Shown here in pieces: positions 45,860 to 49,453 of a stretch of 49,453 bases of DNA. The stretch is taken from positions 1 to 49,453 of the forward strand of contig JBBIJV010000003.1 in NCBI GenBank assembly GCA_037445815.1, written 5' to 3'. Made by a program: the position numbers and the translations under genes. The stretch's first letter is position 1. Each line of letters begins with the position of its first letter. Source of the DNA: Rhodospirillaceae bacterium (GTDB taxonomy: Bacteria > Pseudomonadota > Gammaproteobacteria > Steroidobacterales > Rariloculaceae). The notes under the pieces are model-generated. The model made no database searches. It had not been told where the DNA came from and worked only from the letters and a program-made list of their open reading frames with translations.

Positions 45860-46321
45860 GTGACGGAACGCACCGCGCTTTTGAACGAGCTCGCCGCGAC
45901 TTGGCGCCGCGATATCCCGCTCACGGCCGCGCTGGGTATCGCCGTCGAGAGCTACGACGGGGTCACGCTCGCCGTACGGGCCCCGCTATCGGCGAACCGC
46001 AACCTGCACGGCACCGTGTTCGCTGGGAGCCTGTTCTCCGTGTGCGCGCTGACGGGGTGGGGCGCCGTGTGGCTCGCGCTTCGCGAGAGCGGCCAGGACG
46101 GCGTCATCTTCGCCGCCGACAGCCACGTTCAGTTCCGCAAAGGAGTCGCCGGCGATTTCGTCTGCCGCTGCACACCGGACACCGGCGGGCTGCGAGCGGG
46201 CCTCGACGCATTCAAGTCGAAGGGACGCGCGAGCATCGACGTGGCGTGCACGATCGACCAGGACGGAAAGCGCGCGGTGACGTTCACGAGCCGGTACGTC
46301 GTCCACGCGAAGCACGCGTGA
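45860..46321 (+). CDS. YiiD C-terminal-like hot-dog thioesterase domain protein
   Basis: IPLT.ALG, APL..N.N.HGTVFAGS, LTGWG. Confidence 0.85.
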   Translation: MTERTALLNELAATWRRDIPLTAALGIAVESYDGVTLAVRAPLSANRNLHGTVFAGSLFSVCALTGWGAVWLALRESGQDGVIFAADSHVQFRKGVAGDFVCRCTPDTGGLRAGLDAFKSKGRASIDVACTIDQDGKRAVTFTSRYVVHAKHA

Positions 46322-46960
46322 TCACGCGGCCGCTTCGACGAGCTCGAGCGTGCCTTCGAAGATCATGCGCAACGACACGTAGAGAATGATCGCGAGACCG
46401 ACGTAAGCGATCCAGTGGAAGCGCCCGAGCAGCCGCGCGATGAGGGCGGCGGCGAGCCCCATGAACGCAACGGACAGCGCGAGGCCGAACACGAGCACCC
46501 AGGCGTGCTCGCGCGCGACGCCCGCAACGGCGAGCACGTTGTCGAGCGACATCGAGACGTCGGCGACGATGATCTGCAGGGCGGCCTGACGCATCGTCTT
46601 CGGCGGCGCGGCCGGGCGCGTGGCCTCGACCGGCACCTCGTGCGGACCCTCCTCCATCGCAGCGTCGATGAGGCGCCCCGTGCGCAGCTCCCGCCAGAGC
46701 TTCCAGCAGACCCAAAGCAGCAGGACGCCGCCGGCGAGCAGCAGCCCGATGATCTGTAGAAGCTGCACCGTGAACGCGGCGAAAACGATGCGAAGCAGCG
46801 TCGCGGCCGCGATGCCGAGGACCATAACCCGCCAGCGCTTCTGCACGGGAAGCCCCGCGACGGCAACACCTACGACGATGGCGTTGTCCCCGGCCAGGAC
46901 GAGGTCCACGAGGATGACCTGCACGAGCGCCGAGAGCTCGGTCATCGAGATGAAGTCCAT
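46322..46960 (-). CDS. TerC family (YjbE-type) membrane protein
   Basis: DLVLAGDNAIVV, QIIVADVSMSLDNVLAVAG. Confidence 0.92.
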   Translation of the reverse strand: MDFISMTELSALVQVILVDLVLAGDNAIVVGVAVAGLPVQKRWRVMVLGIAAATLLRIVFAAFTVQLLQIIGLLLAGGVLLLWVCWKLWRELRTGRLIDAAMEEGPHEVPVEATRPAAPPKTMRQAALQIIVADVSMSLDNVLAVAGVAREHAWVLVFGLALSVAFMGLAAALIARLLGRFHWIAYVGLAIILYVSLRMIFEGTLELVEAAA

Positions 46961-47129
46961 AAGCGAAGATTTCCCGTGGGGCCCGCCAGTGTGCCCGGAA
47001 GACCGCGCCAATTCACGCCTGTAGCGCTGCCGCGACGGCGCGTCGGCGCCGCGCCGCCGTTGAAGCCGTTACCCCCGCTGGGCCATGATAGCGGGCCAAC
47101 CACGCCTCGAAAATCCACGGAACCCCCCC

Positions 47130-49223
47130 ATGCACCGATTTCGCCGGCCCGTTTGCCTCGCTTGTTGCGCGGCCCCGACCTTAGGTCTTGGCACAACTGC
47201 GTTCGCGCAGGCGCAGCCTGCGAATGGAGTGCTCGAAGAGATCGTCGTGACCGCCACGATGCTCGAGCGCACACTCGACCGTGTACCGGCCGCGATCAGC
47301 GTCGTCATGGAGGACGACATACAGGGAGCGCGGCAACAACTCGCGCTCGACGAGGCCCTCGGCCGCGTACCGGGGCTCTTCATGCAGAACCGCTACAACT
47401 TCGCGCAAGACCTGCGCGTCTCGATCCGCGGCTTCGGGTCGCGCGCGCAGTTCGGCATCCGCGGGATCAAAGTGCTCGTCGACGGGATCCCCGAGACATT
47501 GCCGGACGGCCAGGGCTCCGTCGACAGCATCGACTTGGGCGCCACGAGCCAGATCGAGGTCATTCGCGGTCCGAGCTCGTCGATGTACGGCAACGCCTCG
47601 GGCGGCGTCATCAGCTTGACGACGCAAGGCGGCAGTGCCGAGCCCTATGCGCAGATGCGCGTCTCGGGCGGCAAATACGGCTACCGGAAAGCGCAGTTCA
47701 AGACGGGCGGCCGAACCGATCGTCTCGACTATCTCGTCAGCTACTCCGACCAAGAGCTCGAAGGCTTCCGCCAGCAGAGTGCCTACGAGAACGAGCTCCT
47801 GACGGGGCGCTTCGACGTCGATCTCGGCAACGATCGCAGCCTCCTGAGCGTCGTGAGCTTCACGGACCAGCCGGTGTCCGACGACGCCGGCGGTGTAACG
47901 CGCGCGATGGCGCTCGCCAATCCGCGCGCGGCCTGGCCGGCGAACGTCACGTTCAACGCCGGCGAGGCGCTCGAGCAATCGCGCGTCGGCTTCGTCTACT
48001 CGATGCCGGTCGGCGAGCGCGGCTCGATCCAGGCGCGCAACTACTACGTCTGGCGCGACTTCGCCAATTCGCTGCCCGTTCTGGCCGGCGGCGTCGTCGA
48101 CCTCGATCGGCGTTTCGTCGGCGGCGGATTCAACTATAGCTACGACGGTTTCTGGCTCGACCGGCCGAACAGGTTCATCGTCGGCGTCGACTTCGACGAT
48201 CAAGACGACGATCGGCGGCGCTTCAATAACGACGCGATCGGCGCGTTGACGTTCGACCAGAACGAGCACGTGACGAGCCAGGGCCTCTTCATCCAGAACG
48301 AGCTCAGCGTGTCCGAGCGCGTGCTGCTCACGCTGGGGCTGCGCTTCGACACCGTGGAGTTCGACGTCACGGATCACTTCCTCGCCGACGGCAACGACTC
48401 CGGGGTGCTCGACTTCGACGACACGAGCCCGATGGCCGGCGTCGTCGTCGACATTACCGACGCTCTGAGCTTTTATTCGACGTATTCGAGCGCGTTCGAG
48501 ACACCGACCACCACGGAGCTGAACCAGCCGTTCCTGACGCAAGGCGGGTTCAACCCGAACTTGAAGCCGCAGTTTGCGGAGAACTTCGAGGTCGGCCTGC
48601 GCGGCACGATCGGCGCAAAGCACCGCTACGAAATGGCTCTGTTCACGATCGACGTCGACGACGAGCTGATTCCCTTCCCGGTGTTCACGGCGCCGGGCGG
48701 CACCGTCGTTTCGGGCCGCAACTACTACCAGAACGCCGCGAAATCCTCGCGCGAGGGCGTGGAGTTCTCGTGGGTCGGAAAGCCGACGGACCGGCTGCGC
48801 ACGACCGTGAGCTACGCGTACTCCGACTTCAAGTTCGACAATTTCGTGGACTCGAGCGGCACGAGCTTCGACGGCAACGTGATTCCGGGCACCGCGGAGA
48901 ACGTGCTGTATGGCGAGATTGCGTACACGGCGCCGCGCGGGTGGTTCGTCGCGGGCGACGCGCTCTACACGGGCGAGCAGTTCGCCGATAACGCCAACAC
49001 TGCGGCGGGCGCCGTGGAAGACTACACGCTCGTCAACTTGCGCTTCGGCTACGACATCGAGCTCGGCGGCCTGACGCTGTCACCGTTCGCCGGCGTGCAC
49101 AACCTCACGGACGAGGCGTACACCGCCAACGTCCGGTTGAACGCGTTCGGCGGCCGCTTCTTCGAGCCCGGCCCCGGCCGCAACGGCTACGCGGGCGTCA
49201 CCGTCGATTGGAAGTTCCGCTAG
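47130..49223 (+). CDS. TonB-dependent receptor, YncD/PqqU-like
   Basis: EEIVVTAT TonB box; plug RYNFAQDLRVSIRGFGSR..GIRGIK..VDGIP.TLPDGQG; FETPT..EL; C-terminal FEPGPGRN.Y.G...F. Confidence 0.9.
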   Translation: MHRFRRPVCLACCAAPTLGLGTTAFAQAQPANGVLEEIVVTATMLERTLDRVPAAISVVMEDDIQGARQQLALDEALGRVPGLFMQNRYNFAQDLRVSIRGFGSRAQFGIRGIKVLVDGIPETLPDGQGSVDSIDLGATSQIEVIRGPSSSMYGNASGGVISLTTQGGSAEPYAQMRVSGGKYGYRKAQFKTGGRTDRLDYLVSYSDQELEGFRQQSAYENELLTGRFDVDLGNDRSLLSVVSFTDQPVSDDAGGVTRAMALANPRAAWPANVTFNAGEALEQSRVGFVYSMPVGERGSIQARNYYVWRDFANSLPVLAGGVVDLDRRFVGGGFNYSYDGFWLDRPNRFIVGVDFDDQDDDRRRFNNDAIGALTFDQNEHVTSQGLFIQNELSVSERVLLTLGLRFDTVEFDVTDHFLADGNDSGVLDFDDTSPMAGVVVDITDALSFYSTYSSAFETPTTTELNQPFLTQGGFNPNLKPQFAENFEVGLRGTIGAKHRYEMALFTIDVDDELIPFPVFTAPGGTVVSGRNYYQNAAKSSREGVEFSWVGKPTDRLRTTVSYAYSDFKFDNFVDSSGTSFDGNVIPGTAENVLYGEIAYTAPRGWFVAGDALYTGEQFADNANTAAGAVEDYTLVNLRFGYDIELGGLTLSPFAGVHNLTDEAYTANVRLNAFGGRFFEPGPGRNGYAGVTVDWKFR

Positions 49224-49453
49224 ACGACGCTGCCGAAGGCGAAGAACCGCCGCCGCTGGCCGCCGCAAGCGGACGCGGCGCCGCGCTCGGAACGTATTAC
49301 GACCGCCTCGAGCGCTGGACGGCCGCGGCTCGCCATTGGGGCTACGGCGGCGGCCGTCACTCGCTGACGGTGCACCGGGCGCTGGCCGACCCCAGAGCCG
49401 GCGGAGCGCCGACGCCGCAGCGTCTGCACGACGTGCTGCTCGCGACGCTCGGC

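Noticed and set aside
46961-47129. yybP-ykoY Mn2+ riboswitch upstream of the TerC gene
   Set aside because: Only a GGGGGTAAC resemblance; the conserved GGGGAGTAG, CGTCA..AC and GAGACC elements were not found.
1-49453. High frequency of CTCGAG, GTCGAC, GAGCTC and CGATCG hexamers
   Set aside because: Explicable by codon pairs (CTC-GAG, GTC-GAC, ATC-G..); no array-like spacing, and enrichment was not computed.
49224-49453. Possible gene fragment at the right edge (...QRLHDVLLATLG) and track ORF 49220..49429
   Set aside because: Too short, with no recognisable motif or clear start.

Overview
A 49.5-kb, gene-dense, GC-rich bacterial chromosomal segment. The gene content (RpoH-type promoter, Pseudomonas-type CysI, YncD-like TonB receptor) suggests a Proteobacterium, probably Gammaproteobacteria; this is inference. 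I support about 45 real CDSs, and the many long antisense ORFs in the track are shadow frames. Core and metabolic genes include a prolyl oligopeptidase (truncated by the window edge), argS, qor, a divergent hmgA, dctPQM, two hsp20 genes, an mltD-like gene, hemD, DUF2849-cysI-DUF934, a sat-cysC fusion and an orphan fabD. I found no tRNA, rRNA, CRISPR array or transposase. The strongest signals missed by the ORF track are: (1) a complete c-di-GMP-I riboswitch (37838-37932) ahead of a divergent FAD-linked oxidoreductase; (2) an AT-rich island (32832-32967) with three DnaA boxes in DARS-like geometry plus a perfect IHF consensus; (3) a lipoprotein gene that appears to start at an ACG codon inside the upstream gene's last codons; (4) an exported heme-c lipoprotein / Tat HXXSHH protein / ankyrin three-gene module of unknown function; and (5) a remnant of a CTP-synthase-like gene.
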